Shown one piece after another: positions 9,087 through 19,600 of a stretch of DNA of 64,000 bases. This stretch comes from a virus. Lineage: Duplodnaviria; Caudoviricetes. Where the stretch lies: IMG/VR virus record IMGVR_UViG_3300014205_000204, positions 20,485 through 84,484 of that record. One strand, given 5' to 3'. Positions within the stretch are counted from its first letter, which is position 1; each line of letters begins with the position of its first letter. The translations under genes and the position numbers were made by a program. The notes below the pieces were generated by a model, which did not search any database, was not told the origin of the DNA, and saw only the letters and a list, made by a program, of their open reading frames with translations.

Positions 9087-11105
9087 ATGAGCATCGCCAA
9101 CGACTTTACGGACCTGATGATCAAGAAGACGTCTCTGCTTCTTGACGAGCGCAAGCTAAAGGACATCGAGTCCCCGCAGCTCCAGAAGGAGGAGGACGAC
9201 GGCGTCATCGTGTCCGACAACTACGTGAAGGGCAGGCAGGGCTTCATGCTCGACCGGCGCACCGGCGACGTCGACCTCGACGGCGTCACGTTCAACGTGG
9301 ATGACGTGACCGGAGAGGTGACCGTGGACGTCGAGGGTGTCGCGGTCGGCGCGACGACCGAGATCGACCTGAAGGCCGCGGACGGCGTGGACATAAGCGC
9401 CGTCCAGCCGATCCCGGACGGGAAGGTCGAGGTGACGATCGGGACTTCCGCGACCAACAGCAGCATCGAGCAGCTTCTCGCGACGAACGACATCGACGTC
9501 GTCCCGATCGACGCGACCACCCCCGGCACGCTGAACTTCCAGGACCTGGCGGCGGTGCCGCATTCGGTGGTGCTTAGGTCCCCGTCCACCAACGACGGCA
9601 CGGTATACGTCCTGCCGGCGGCCAAGGGAACGACGGGAGACTACCTCAAGATGACGCTTACCGGCGGCAGGGCTTACATGTCGTGGGACGACGCCGGGTC
9701 AGGCAGCTCTGACGGCGGCTTTTACGTCCAGAGGAAGATAGTGGACTGGGCTGACAGCGTCGCCGTGGGCGACGGGCAGTTCTACTTCAGGGTCCCCGAG
9801 GGGCTGGACGGCTCGCAGTTCTTCTACCCGTGGGCACGCGTGAACACCGCGGGAGTCACGGGTGACATGACCGTCCAGATCTACAACGTGACCCAGGGTG
9901 GGTATGTGCTCTCGACGCCCCTCACGATAGCTGACGGGGCCGTGGATTCCAGCACTTACGGTATAGCTACCGCCTACAGGTACGTCCATAACGGCGATGA
10001 GCTGCGGATAGACGTGAAGACCGTGCAGGGCACGCCGGCCTTGGGGCTGCGGGTGGGGTTCCTACTGTCACACGTGTACGTGCCGGCAGTGCCCCCGCCG
10101 GTGCCCCTCGACCCTGACTGGACGTGGACAAGTATTACCCCCCCAAGATTAAGTTCAAGTTTTGGTTATCCTTTAATCCATATAACTGGTGATGGAAGTG
10201 TTATAGTTTATAAACCTGCTGTCTCTGGGATAGTTTGTATATCTACTGACGGGGGGACGACATGGAGTGACATAGATTTTAATGTATTAGACGTTCCAAC
10301 TGGCGGACCCTATGGTGTAGCAGGGTTGTGCATGTCTGAAAATGGAGTTTTGTTCGTAAGTTTTTACGATGTTCAATATGTTTATAGGTCAGATGATTAC
10401 GGCATAACTTGGGTGCGGTCAATGGGGTTCCCCACTGGTGGTGCTGGAGACAAAAATAGTCTATGTTGCTCTATAGACGGTTCAGTTGTCGCGTGCCTAT
10501 GCGAGACAAATGACGTGTACCATTTGAGCAGCAGTGCCTACGTATCCGTTGATGGCGGCATGAACTGGTACCTTTCTGATACGATCGATCAGGGTAAAAA
10601 CAGCAGTAATCTAGACTCTAGGTTAAGCATATCGTCAAGCGGTAGGTACATTATTACGTCCGGAGGACCAAATTCTTTAGCATGTTCTATCGACTTTTCG
10701 TCTGATTTTGGCGTATCATTTAGTACCATTTTCACGCCAACTGCTGGTGGCTCGGCACATGCCGTATCATCTGACGGTAAAACTATTATTGTTGAGCCAA
10801 CCTACACTGGCAACATGAAGATAACAAAAGACGGGGGTATCACATGGGCTGATTACTCTCCTTTTCCTGTCAGTGGGAGCTGGACTTCCGCAACTCGTGT
10901 ACTAATTTCAGACGATGGTCAAACTATCGCCATGGCTGGGTCTAAAGGGACAGCACTTAGCGTCGATGGGGGGCTTACTGATACGAACGCTCCTATAAGT
11001 GTGACTGAGCAAGCTTTATATCTTTCAAGAAACGGAGCTTTCGCAATAATATATTATCATAGTACCATTTATCCAAGCAAAATCTACATCGGCTCCCGCA
11101 TCTGA
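9087..11105 (+). CDS. second tail fibre/RBP with C-terminal BNR/Asp-box propeller
   Basis: STDGGTTW, SDDYGITW, SVDGGMNW, TKDGGITW motifs; Pro-rich linker then AT-rich domain from about 10130. Confidence 0.75.
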   Translation: MSIANDFTDLMIKKTSLLLDERKLKDIESPQLQKEEDDGVIVSDNYVKGRQGFMLDRRTGDVDLDGVTFNVDDVTGEVTVDVEGVAVGATTEIDLKAADGVDISAVQPIPDGKVEVTIGTSATNSSIEQLLATNDIDVVPIDATTPGTLNFQDLAAVPHSVVLRSPSTNDGTVYVLPAAKGTTGDYLKMTLTGGRAYMSWDDAGSGSSDGGFYVQRKIVDWADSVAVGDGQFYFRVPEGLDGSQFFYPWARVNTAGVTGDMTVQIYNVTQGGYVLSTPLTIADGAVDSSTYGIATAYRYVHNGDELRIDVKTVQGTPALGLRVGFLLSHVYVPAVPPPVPLDPDWTWTSITPPRLSSSFGYPLIHITGDGSVIVYKPAVSGIVCISTDGGTTWSDIDFNVLDVPTGGPYGVAGLCMSENGVLFVSFYDVQYVYRSDDYGITWVRSMGFPTGGAGDKNSLCCSIDGSVVACLCETNDVYHLSSSAYVSVDGGMNWYLSDTIDQGKNSSNLDSRLSISSSGRYIITSGGPNSLACSIDFSSDFGVSFSTIFTPTAGGSAHAVSSDGKTIIVEPTYTGNMKITKDGGITWADYSPFPVSGSWTSATRVLISDDGQTIAMAGSKGTALSVDGGLTDTNAPISVTEQALYLSRNGAFAIIYYHSTIYPSKIYIGSRI

Positions 11106-11164
11106 AAACCCATGATAAAATATATATAGAGGGGAAGAAGGAAAAAACAAAAAAACAAAACAAA

Positions 11165-13675
11165 ATGCCCATAACACCATTCTACGTCTACAGGCAGGAT
11201 GGGACGTACTACAAGCTCCCCGACGACGTCCCAATGACCCGCGAGGAGATTAGACAGGCAAACTCCGGAGCTTACCCCGTTCGCGTCCTCACGGATCCCA
11301 TGCAGATTGAGATGTTCATCTACGAGGCAAGGAAGGGCAGCGAGGCGCTCAACTCTTTTAGGAACTTCATCGGATCGAACACTTGGACTTCAGAGCAGAA
11401 GCTTGCCTACATCAAAAAACTTAACGACACGATCCAGGGCTACTCGAAGATCGCTTACCAGGCTTCTCCCCAGCTGACTGTGGGAGGAGAGAACGTCGGC
11501 CCAGGGCAGCTGACTAATGAGCTGTCAGGCTGGCACGTCTACCGCGATGCCGGAAAGTATTACGACAGCGAGACGGGGCAGGAGGTGTCGCAAGACGACG
11601 TCCACTCCGCGCTCGAGCAGGGCAGCGTCGTCTTCGATGCTGCCCCTGACGTAAAGAAGGCCACCCTTTACCCGCCGTCAGGCGGCGAACCGGTAGTCGT
11701 GGCAGTGGGTTCGGCCCAGGCATCGCAGCTTCAGTCGAAGGGTTATACTCTGGCGCCGAAACCAGACGCCACTGACTCCTCCACTCCCGCGGAGGGAACG
11801 TCATCCAGCGAAACGAAATATCCTGTCGCCCCGACTGGCATCAAGTCAGTACCGGATTCATCAAACTATTTCCTTGTCGAGTTCACAGACGACCCTACCC
11901 CGCACGACGATTCTACGTCCGCGGGCATTTGGCTTTACGTGAAGAACGAGGGGACGTATAGGCCCATTCCTGACGACGCGACCATGATCAGCCTGTTCGG
12001 AGAGGACAAGTTCAATTCAATCATGAGCAACAGAGTCAAGATGTCGATTTCCGAGGCTCTCGCCTCCCCCGAATGGAAGGGCACCATCCTCGGGACCGAC
12101 TATGCCCCGAGGGGAAACGGCTACCTCCCGACGTTCACGGCCAATACCGCGACCGTGAAGTACGGCTTTAACCGCGACGCCGAGCTTGAGAAGAAGACCC
12201 TCGACAGGACACTGGACATCATGTCCGTATTCGTCGACAAGCAGATCATATCCAAGGAATCTTTCGACAGGATCTTCACCCCTGGCAACAGCGAGGCCGC
12301 CATGTACGTGGAGGCGCTCACCTACGGTGGATACACCCTCGGTGACGTCTGGCGCGACATACGCCTTCAGGAGCTGGCACTGGTCGACCCGAAGTACGCC
12401 GGCCTGCGTGCCGTCAGCCCGGGGATGCAGGCGGTGGACTACAAGCGGACTTCCAACTTCGACGACATCGTCGATCCGGCGATCGACCTCATGATCCCGT
12501 CAGAGGTGATCGCTACGGCGCTAAAGACAAACGTCGGAAATGCCTCCACGCTCGTCAATGCCCCGCTCTACACGATCGCTGACGAGTTTTTCTCTGATGT
12601 TGGCACTACCCCGGACTGGACAGACCCGGCCGTCCGCGAGGAGGCGAGGAAGATCGAGGCGTTCTATTACGACCTGATGGACCAGACGCTCCGTGCGCAG
12701 ACGGAAGAGCAGAAGCAGAAGGCCGATTACGACTGGAAGAGATTCAGGGAGAAGGTCATGAAGCAACTGAACATAACGCTTTCCGATAACGCCATCGAGG
12801 CGTGGGACCAGCTGCAGCAGGCTTTCTCGGCCTTCAGGGAGCGAGGCCTCGCCGATACAGGCGTCCAGAGGGAGGCTACCGACCGCTTCCTCAACAAGGT
12901 AAGGCGCGAGGACCAGAGGAACCGCGAGAATGCCGACGAGAACATATCCGACCAGGAGATCGAGCAGCTAAGGACATACGGCACTCCAGAGGAGATCGCG
13001 GCATACGTGAACCGCGTGGGAGTCGAGAAGGCCAGGGAGGTCGGCCTCATCGCGCCTGATGCCATGAGGAACGCATACTCCATCGAGAACCTCCGTAAGG
13101 TCTCTGCCTCCCACGACAAGAACGGCAATCTGATCTATACCGACGGTAACGGGGCATTCTATTACGGCGCCATGGAGGACGGCAAGCTGGTCTATCGCGA
13201 CAAGGATGGGCGACTGGCCGACACGGCGACCCTGAAGACGGTCACCAACATGACAGACGATGAGCTCAAGAACCTCCAGGGCCAGTACATCGACGATCGG
13301 GGATACCTTACGTCGACAGCCGAGAGGACATTAGCGAAGAACCTTCAATCCAACGCCGTCAGCAGGTTGAAATACCAGCAGGACAAGCAGGCCAGTGACG
13401 CCGACTCCGCCCACAAGGAACTTCTCGACAAGGCAGGAGTGAACCTCAGTAGCTGGCTGAAGACTGACGCTTCCGGAATGCCAAGCGCCGATAAGGCCTA
13501 CCCGTTCTCCAGCGGATTCACCCTCATGAGGAAGGTAAATCCAGGAGAGAAGATCAAGGTTCCGAACGTCGACATCCTAGGGCGTTACGCCGGCGGCAAG
13601 ACATCCATGCTGGAGGAGAAGGACGCTAACGGTGACATTTACCTAAAGGAGGGCGCAGAAGTCCTCTGGCAATAA
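11165..13675 (+). CDS. putative internal virion/ejection protein (836 aa)
   Basis: Large, helical/coiled-coil C-half; position after tail genes. Confidence 0.55.
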   Translation: MPITPFYVYRQDGTYYKLPDDVPMTREEIRQANSGAYPVRVLTDPMQIEMFIYEARKGSEALNSFRNFIGSNTWTSEQKLAYIKKLNDTIQGYSKIAYQASPQLTVGGENVGPGQLTNELSGWHVYRDAGKYYDSETGQEVSQDDVHSALEQGSVVFDAAPDVKKATLYPPSGGEPVVVAVGSAQASQLQSKGYTLAPKPDATDSSTPAEGTSSSETKYPVAPTGIKSVPDSSNYFLVEFTDDPTPHDDSTSAGIWLYVKNEGTYRPIPDDATMISLFGEDKFNSIMSNRVKMSISEALASPEWKGTILGTDYAPRGNGYLPTFTANTATVKYGFNRDAELEKKTLDRTLDIMSVFVDKQIISKESFDRIFTPGNSEAAMYVEALTYGGYTLGDVWRDIRLQELALVDPKYAGLRAVSPGMQAVDYKRTSNFDDIVDPAIDLMIPSEVIATALKTNVGNASTLVNAPLYTIADEFFSDVGTTPDWTDPAVREEARKIEAFYYDLMDQTLRAQTEEQKQKADYDWKRFREKVMKQLNITLSDNAIEAWDQLQQAFSAFRERGLADTGVQREATDRFLNKVRREDQRNRENADENISDQEIEQLRTYGTPEEIAAYVNRVGVEKAREVGLIAPDAMRNAYSIENLRKVSASHDKNGNLIYTDGNGAFYYGAMEDGKLVYRDKDGRLADTATLKTVTNMTDDELKNLQGQYIDDRGYLTSTAERTLAKNLQSNAVSRLKYQQDKQASDADSAHKELLDKAGVNLSSWLKTDASGMPSADKAYPFSSGFTLMRKVNPGEKIKVPNVDILGRYAGGKTSMLEEKDANGDIYLKEGAEVLWQ

Positions 13676-13676
13676 C

Positions 13677-14273
13677 ATGGCAAACATACCAGAAACCAGC
13701 TTTATCCCGCGCGCCGGCACGGATATCGCGAAGAACATGTCCGCCGGCTTCGCTAAGGCTTCCGCTGCGATGAGGGGCATGTTCGGCGCCCAGCCGGGCA
13801 AGACGGCGGCAAATAACCAGGGTTACGCCGCCAAGGCACCGCAGGCGACGTTCAGTTCCATCGCCCCGTTCAAGGCCAAGGACATCGGTACCGTCACTAC
13901 GAGGCCTAACGAGTCGACACGGTTCGAGAAGTCGCATCCCGGCATCGACATCGCGAACAAGGAAGGAACGGCCATCCCGGCATTCACGCCGGGCAAGGTG
14001 ACGAAGGTCGTCAGCGGCCAGAAGCCCGGTACGAAGGGATACGGGAACTATGTGGTGGTCACGGACAGCCAAGGGAACAGGCACCAGTACTCGCACCTCC
14101 TCAAGACGTACGTGAACGTCGGGGATGCCGTGGGTGCCGCGAGTCCCGTGGGTGCCATGGGACGCACGGGCAGCGTTTATTCAACCAGCGGGGGCACTGG
14201 GACGCACCTTGACTATCGTGTCGCTGACGCGTTCGGGAAGTGGATCGACCCTACTAAATACGTCAGCATCTAA
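13677..14273 (+). CDS. M23 family peptidase (virion-associated lysin)
   Basis: HPGIDIA (HxxxD), GYGNYVVV, YSHL, GTHLDY (HxH variant). Confidence 0.85.
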   Translation: MANIPETSFIPRAGTDIAKNMSAGFAKASAAMRGMFGAQPGKTAANNQGYAAKAPQATFSSIAPFKAKDIGTVTTRPNESTRFEKSHPGIDIANKEGTAIPAFTPGKVTKVVSGQKPGTKGYGNYVVVTDSQGNRHQYSHLLKTYVNVGDAVGAASPVGAMGRTGSVYSTSGGTGTHLDYRVADAFGKWIDPTKYVSI

Positions 14274-14275
14274 AT

Positions 14276-16651
14276 ATGGATAAAACAAAAGCGATAAGGG
14301 CGATGATGGCTGACCCAAAGTCCAGGAAGTCCTTGGCTGACGCCCTCAAGGAACCCGGAGGATCGGGCAAGCGGAAGTCTGCCCATTCGACATTAAAGAT
14401 ATACGGTCGTCTTGCCGGAAAGGCGGATGGGCAGGGAGGGAGCGAAGATTTTACGTCAGCGTTCGTGGATAGCCTAAACTCCAGGGTTACTGGTCCAAGA
14501 TCAACCCCAGTGCAGGGTCAGTCGTCTAACGCCGTAGAGGCCATCACTCCGATGTCCGATACCCCGACTATCACTAGGCAGGCACAGGGTTTTGACTGGC
14601 AGGGACTCTTGAAGCCTGATTACTTTGAATATAATGAAACGGACCCGAACATAAAGAGTCTAGGCAAGGCTGTCTCGAACGTCGGTACTTTCGTGGTAAA
14701 GCCTCTTGCTGCAGTCGGGCGCGGCATACCAGTCGCCGGCGACTGGCTGGTATCAGCGCCGTACAGGGCTGCAGTAGGCCTTGGAAGATGGATGGCAACG
14801 GTCCCGAAAGTCGAACAGTCAGTCACTTCAGAAAAACAAGAAGCTGCCACGACATCAACTCCAGGCACGGCTTCCGCCACTGGTTCTCAAGAGACAGCTG
14901 GCACTGGTACGGGCACTGGTACGGGCACTGATACGGAGACCAAGAAAGAATATGAGAAGCCATACGAGGAATGGACTGACGATGAGAAGCAGACAGATGC
15001 GCAGAGCAAGTTTGACGAGCGGAAGACAGGCCTGACCGAAACCGGACAGATTTTGAAACTGGCGGAACAAATCCGTGCCGAGACTGGCAAGACACCGAAT
15101 ACTGGGTACCCGGACGTTGACCTTGCCCTTTCCCTGACGTCGTCGATCGGGTCTGCCGTCACTTCCGGCAATGTTGACGAGTGGTGGGCTGGAATTACTG
15201 CTAACGGGAATACACCCAGCAAGACGCAGGAGATACTGTATAAGTCGGTGAAGCAGGGGACTGGCGAGTCAGGGTTCAGGGCTTCCTTCCTGAGCAACCC
15301 GGACGCGATGGCCGAGGTCCTCGGTATCGAAGCGTCCGTGCTTCGCAAGTTCCCGATCTTCGCCATGGGCACCCCAGACTACGGTGCGCTGCGAAAGATC
15401 GTCGAGCGTGAGTACCAGGTCGACGCGTCATACGACGAGATCATGAACCTGGACTCCAGGCACCGTTTGGCCTCCAACGCGTTCAAGTCATACGTGGTGG
15501 ACAAGGACCTTTACCTCAAGGACATCGAGAAGAAGAAGGCAGAGCTCCGGCAGTTCTACGCCAATAACGACATGTCTGACCCGTTCGTCAGGCAGCAGTA
15601 CGAGACGTACGGGGGATGGCTGGACACGGCATACTCAAACAAGATCGCCGACTATAACGTTCTCCTGACAAATGCCTCGGAGTACGAGACAGAGGACTAC
15701 AACAGGTCGCTTGCCCGACTCAACATCCAGCTGCAGCGCGCAGAGAACCAGTTCACTGCCGTATCGAAGACCGTCGATGACTTCTGGACGGGCGCCAAGG
15801 ATGCCCTTGACGCGGCATACGTCTCGGCGCAGACAGGCATGAACGCCTCAGACAAGACCAGAAAATCGCTGTTGGACATCCTTGAGCAGAATCAGAAGAT
15901 CAAGAACCTCTTCCCGGGCTACGAGGTTGACACCAAAACAAAAGTCACTGCCTTTGATACCGAGAATGCCATGAAGGACTTTATGACAGTAGTGGACGTG
16001 AAGGACAATGAAGGCAATGACATAAAGAAGCAGCAGCCCCTCGTGACCACGTACGGCCAGATGGAGAACTTACTCGCCACCAAGAGGTACAGCGCGACTG
16101 CTGACAACGATCAGTTCAGAAAACTGTGGGCCAACGTGATGGGCCAGTACATCGCCGACGATATCAGATTGGGAGATTTTAGCGGGGCCAAGAGCACCTA
16201 TGCCGCGATGATCTCGGACATCCCAGGTGACGCTGATATGTTGATGCAAAAGTACGCGACCGACGAGAATTCGCTCACGGCAGAAGAAAGGAGATCATGG
16301 GCGAAAATAGAGATGGTGAACAGTGAGGTGGCATCAAGCGTACAGGCGGCGGCCAGTGGTGACCTGAGCAGCAGGCTTAACGACTATGCCGATAAGGTAA
16401 AGGAGGCGTTCAGCTCAAAAGCCATGCCACTTGACGACAACGAGTGGGAGAGAAAGTTCCTCTCCGAGATAAAAGACCAGTTCGCCATTTCCATGCTAAA
16501 GATTTTGAGGCCATCGTATGCTGACGAATACGAGAAAACCGTTCTCAGTTCCGATGACGTCGAGGGTGAGATGAAGAAGTGGAACAGCAGCGACTTTTAC
16601 AAGCAGGTTGTGAATGACCCAAATCTGGTGGACGCTTACATTTCCTTCTAG
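14276..16651 (+). CDS. putative ejection protein (791 aa)
   Basis: Long helical ORF with T/G low-complexity linker. Confidence 0.55.
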   Translation: MDKTKAIRAMMADPKSRKSLADALKEPGGSGKRKSAHSTLKIYGRLAGKADGQGGSEDFTSAFVDSLNSRVTGPRSTPVQGQSSNAVEAITPMSDTPTITRQAQGFDWQGLLKPDYFEYNETDPNIKSLGKAVSNVGTFVVKPLAAVGRGIPVAGDWLVSAPYRAAVGLGRWMATVPKVEQSVTSEKQEAATTSTPGTASATGSQETAGTGTGTGTGTDTETKKEYEKPYEEWTDDEKQTDAQSKFDERKTGLTETGQILKLAEQIRAETGKTPNTGYPDVDLALSLTSSIGSAVTSGNVDEWWAGITANGNTPSKTQEILYKSVKQGTGESGFRASFLSNPDAMAEVLGIEASVLRKFPIFAMGTPDYGALRKIVEREYQVDASYDEIMNLDSRHRLASNAFKSYVVDKDLYLKDIEKKKAELRQFYANNDMSDPFVRQQYETYGGWLDTAYSNKIADYNVLLTNASEYETEDYNRSLARLNIQLQRAENQFTAVSKTVDDFWTGAKDALDAAYVSAQTGMNASDKTRKSLLDILEQNQKIKNLFPGYEVDTKTKVTAFDTENAMKDFMTVVDVKDNEGNDIKKQQPLVTTYGQMENLLATKRYSATADNDQFRKLWANVMGQYIADDIRLGDFSGAKSTYAAMISDIPGDADMLMQKYATDENSLTAEERRSWAKIEMVNSEVASSVQAAASGDLSSRLNDYADKVKEAFSSKAMPLDDNEWERKFLSEIKDQFAISMLKILRPSYADEYEKTVLSSDDVEGEMKKWNSSDFYKQVVNDPNLVDAYISF

Positions 16652-16663
16652 CCACGAAACCTA

Positions 16664-19600
16664 ATGAAAATGACATTTGAGCAGTCAGTGAGGATGCGAA
16701 ACCTTCTCTCCGGCAGGAAGTTCCAGACTCCGCTGGCCGAGCCTCCCGTTGATGTACCACTGGCTAAGACAAAGGAGCGCCGGACAAAGCCGACCGGTCC
16801 TTTTGACGTGCCTGACCAGCCATGGGAGGTCAAGGGAGACGATAAGTCAATGACCTACAACGTGCAGTCAGGGATGCCAGGGTCATTCACCCCGTCCCCC
16901 CCAAACACGGTCGTACCGTCTATCCGGCCGTCGCAGGGGTTCAAGAAGATCGTCAAACCATATAACAGAGGGTCGGGCACGGAACTCGAGCACGCCGTGC
17001 CTGTCTGGCTGGGCGGAACCTCGGAACTGCCCAACCTCGTGAACATGAGCAAGAGCGGGCACGAGAAGAAGACGGCCGTCGAGGCCGTCGGGTGGACTCT
17101 CTGGAATGCTCAGCTCCAGGACCCAGAGAAGTTCGGGAAGATGATCAAGGACGAGATCGGGTATGAGATATCGATACCTGAGCTCCGTGCAAAGTCAATC
17201 GTCATGTCCAATGACCCGAACACCTTTGACGTGTCCGGTCTCTTCAGCAAGGGATACGATTCAAGCATGATCTATGACCTTCCTGGAAAGACCACGGAAG
17301 ATCAGGTGGAGCTGGCGATCAAGACGTGGAAGAAGTGGCATCGCCCCCTCAGCGAGAGGACGACGTGGGAGAAGGTAAAGGAAGCGGCGCACGCTTTTTG
17401 GCTGATCATGCCGGGACGCGACTTGCTCGGGGACATGTCCAAAACCGACAGGGACGTCTTGGATGACGTAAAAAGCACGGTATCAGGATGGACTGAGGAC
17501 AAGTTCGGTGACAATATAGTCTCGTCAACCGCGAAGGGAGTAGTTTCAGGAGCGACACTCGGTTCAGTCGCCCCGGAGTTGTCAGAGTTCGAGGAGGAAC
17601 ACCCACTCCAGATGCTCGCTGGACGAACTGCCGGCGAGCTCGTCGGATCATCAGCGTATTTTCATTTTGGTGGAAAGCTTCTCGGCAAGGCCGTCTCGCC
17701 TCTTTTCAAGATTGCCGACAAAGCCAAGAAAGTGTCTGGATTGGCTGCGACAGGGGAAAAGCTTAAGTGGTACGTAAACGCCCTCGATGATCTTTCGGGG
17801 AACGCCGACAAGCTTGTTACGCTGGTCATGAAAGACCTGAATAAGGCTGAAAAAGCCTTATCGTTAGCCAGGAAGGCCCAGCACGTGGTTACTACCATGG
17901 GTACTTTTGCATTCGTAGGCCAGGCATACGCCGTCGATGATAGGCTTCCCGAGATAGAAGCTCGCTATAATCGCCTTAAGCTGGATACTGCCCTCGGGTT
18001 GGTCCAGGTGGCGCTTCCAGGAGGGTTCCTCCGCGGCGGATACGGCACCAAGCCGACGGGTGCCGAGACGGGGCTTCTCGGCACGCCAAAGGGATCATCG
18101 ATAATCGGGAGGCTGAACCCATGGAACTCGGAGGCCGCTTCCGGATTAGCCGGAATGAACCTTACCGGCAGGGCAAACGCCTTGGGACTGTCGTTCATGG
18201 GAAACAGCGTCGCCGAGTTTATGCTTAGCGACGCGAACGCCATGGAGGCCATGCAGAGCGCCCTCGTAATGACGGCCATGCACGGCCTAGGCACCGTATC
18301 GAGGACGCCTGACGCGTCCCTGGTCGTCAGGTCCCGCGCCATCGAGCTCATACGCGCAAGGACCCCTAGGTCCTATGAGTCACTGGTAACCGGGAAGTCC
18401 AGCCCTGATTCCTTCAGGGTTGAGTCGACCGCCGAACTCGTCTCGTCATACGAGGCCGCCGGCATGACCCCCGAGGCCTCAGCCGAGCTGCTTAGTGGGA
18501 GGGTTGCCGCGGAATGGGAGGTGGCGTACAGGCTTCACCCGACCGACGAGGCCGCCCGCAACCAGTACATGAGCGAAAGGTACGTGACGATCCTCCGCGA
18601 GGAGATCAGCCGCAGCGGCATGGCTGCCGTAACCGGCAAGGCCGACGCTGATGCGGCGTATTCCTCAGTCGTCGACGCTGTCGAGGCCCCCCAGGACACC
18701 AATAGGGCCATCGTGGAGCTTGAGGCGGCCAAGACAATGCCGACTGAGGAAGCCAAGTCACTCGGCCTGGTTTCCGGTGACGGCAAGCTAAACCTGAGCG
18801 TCAGGTACTTCGCGGAGAGGGACACGACAGGCTCCCTAGTCATCAAGGCCGTACGGGATGACGGGACGACCTTTCCGGTCAATCGCCTGACCGGCCGGGC
18901 GGCACAGGACTTCAACGAGGCCACGGGCAGCGCGAAGATCACGGAAGTCCTGCCGATCAGGTTCAGCGATGAGAGCGGGAAGACGACCATCTCCGTTGCC
19001 CCAACGGAAGAATCAATCAGTAAAATAATACCTCTTAACGATGCGTACGACGTAGCCGTAAGCTCCCTCAAGGAATTGCGCGGGCAGCCTGACATACCAG
19101 TCACCGATTTCAGCAGGATCGACGTCCTGAACGACTTGTCCCTGTCCGGCCTCAACAAGACGACAGCCAATGAGCTCTCGAACGCGATCTCGACACTGTA
19201 CCGGACTTCGGTGGGCAACGACCCGGCGGCCTTCCAGAAGGCCATAGCCAACGTCCACGCCAAGGCAGGCGTTGAAGTGCCTTGGTACTACAAGACGGCC
19301 AAGTACGTCGCCAATCGTGACGCCAACAGGGTGATCGGGGAAGTCATGGCTGCCGTGGGGAAGCAGGGAACCAAGACATCGCCCATAAGGGCCGAGTACA
19401 TCAGGTCTGTCGCCAGGATGGCGACTTCAAGACCGCCTGCGGACGGGGGCGCGAAGGCTACCGGCGAGGTGATCTCTTCAGCGACGAAGGCAGTGAAGGC
19501 CGTCACCCGCGGCGCGAAGTTCGACAATGCCATGGACACTGACCTCTCATACGGCTTCCAGGACAGGAAGTCCGACATAACCGAGAGGTCTAGGGCCATC

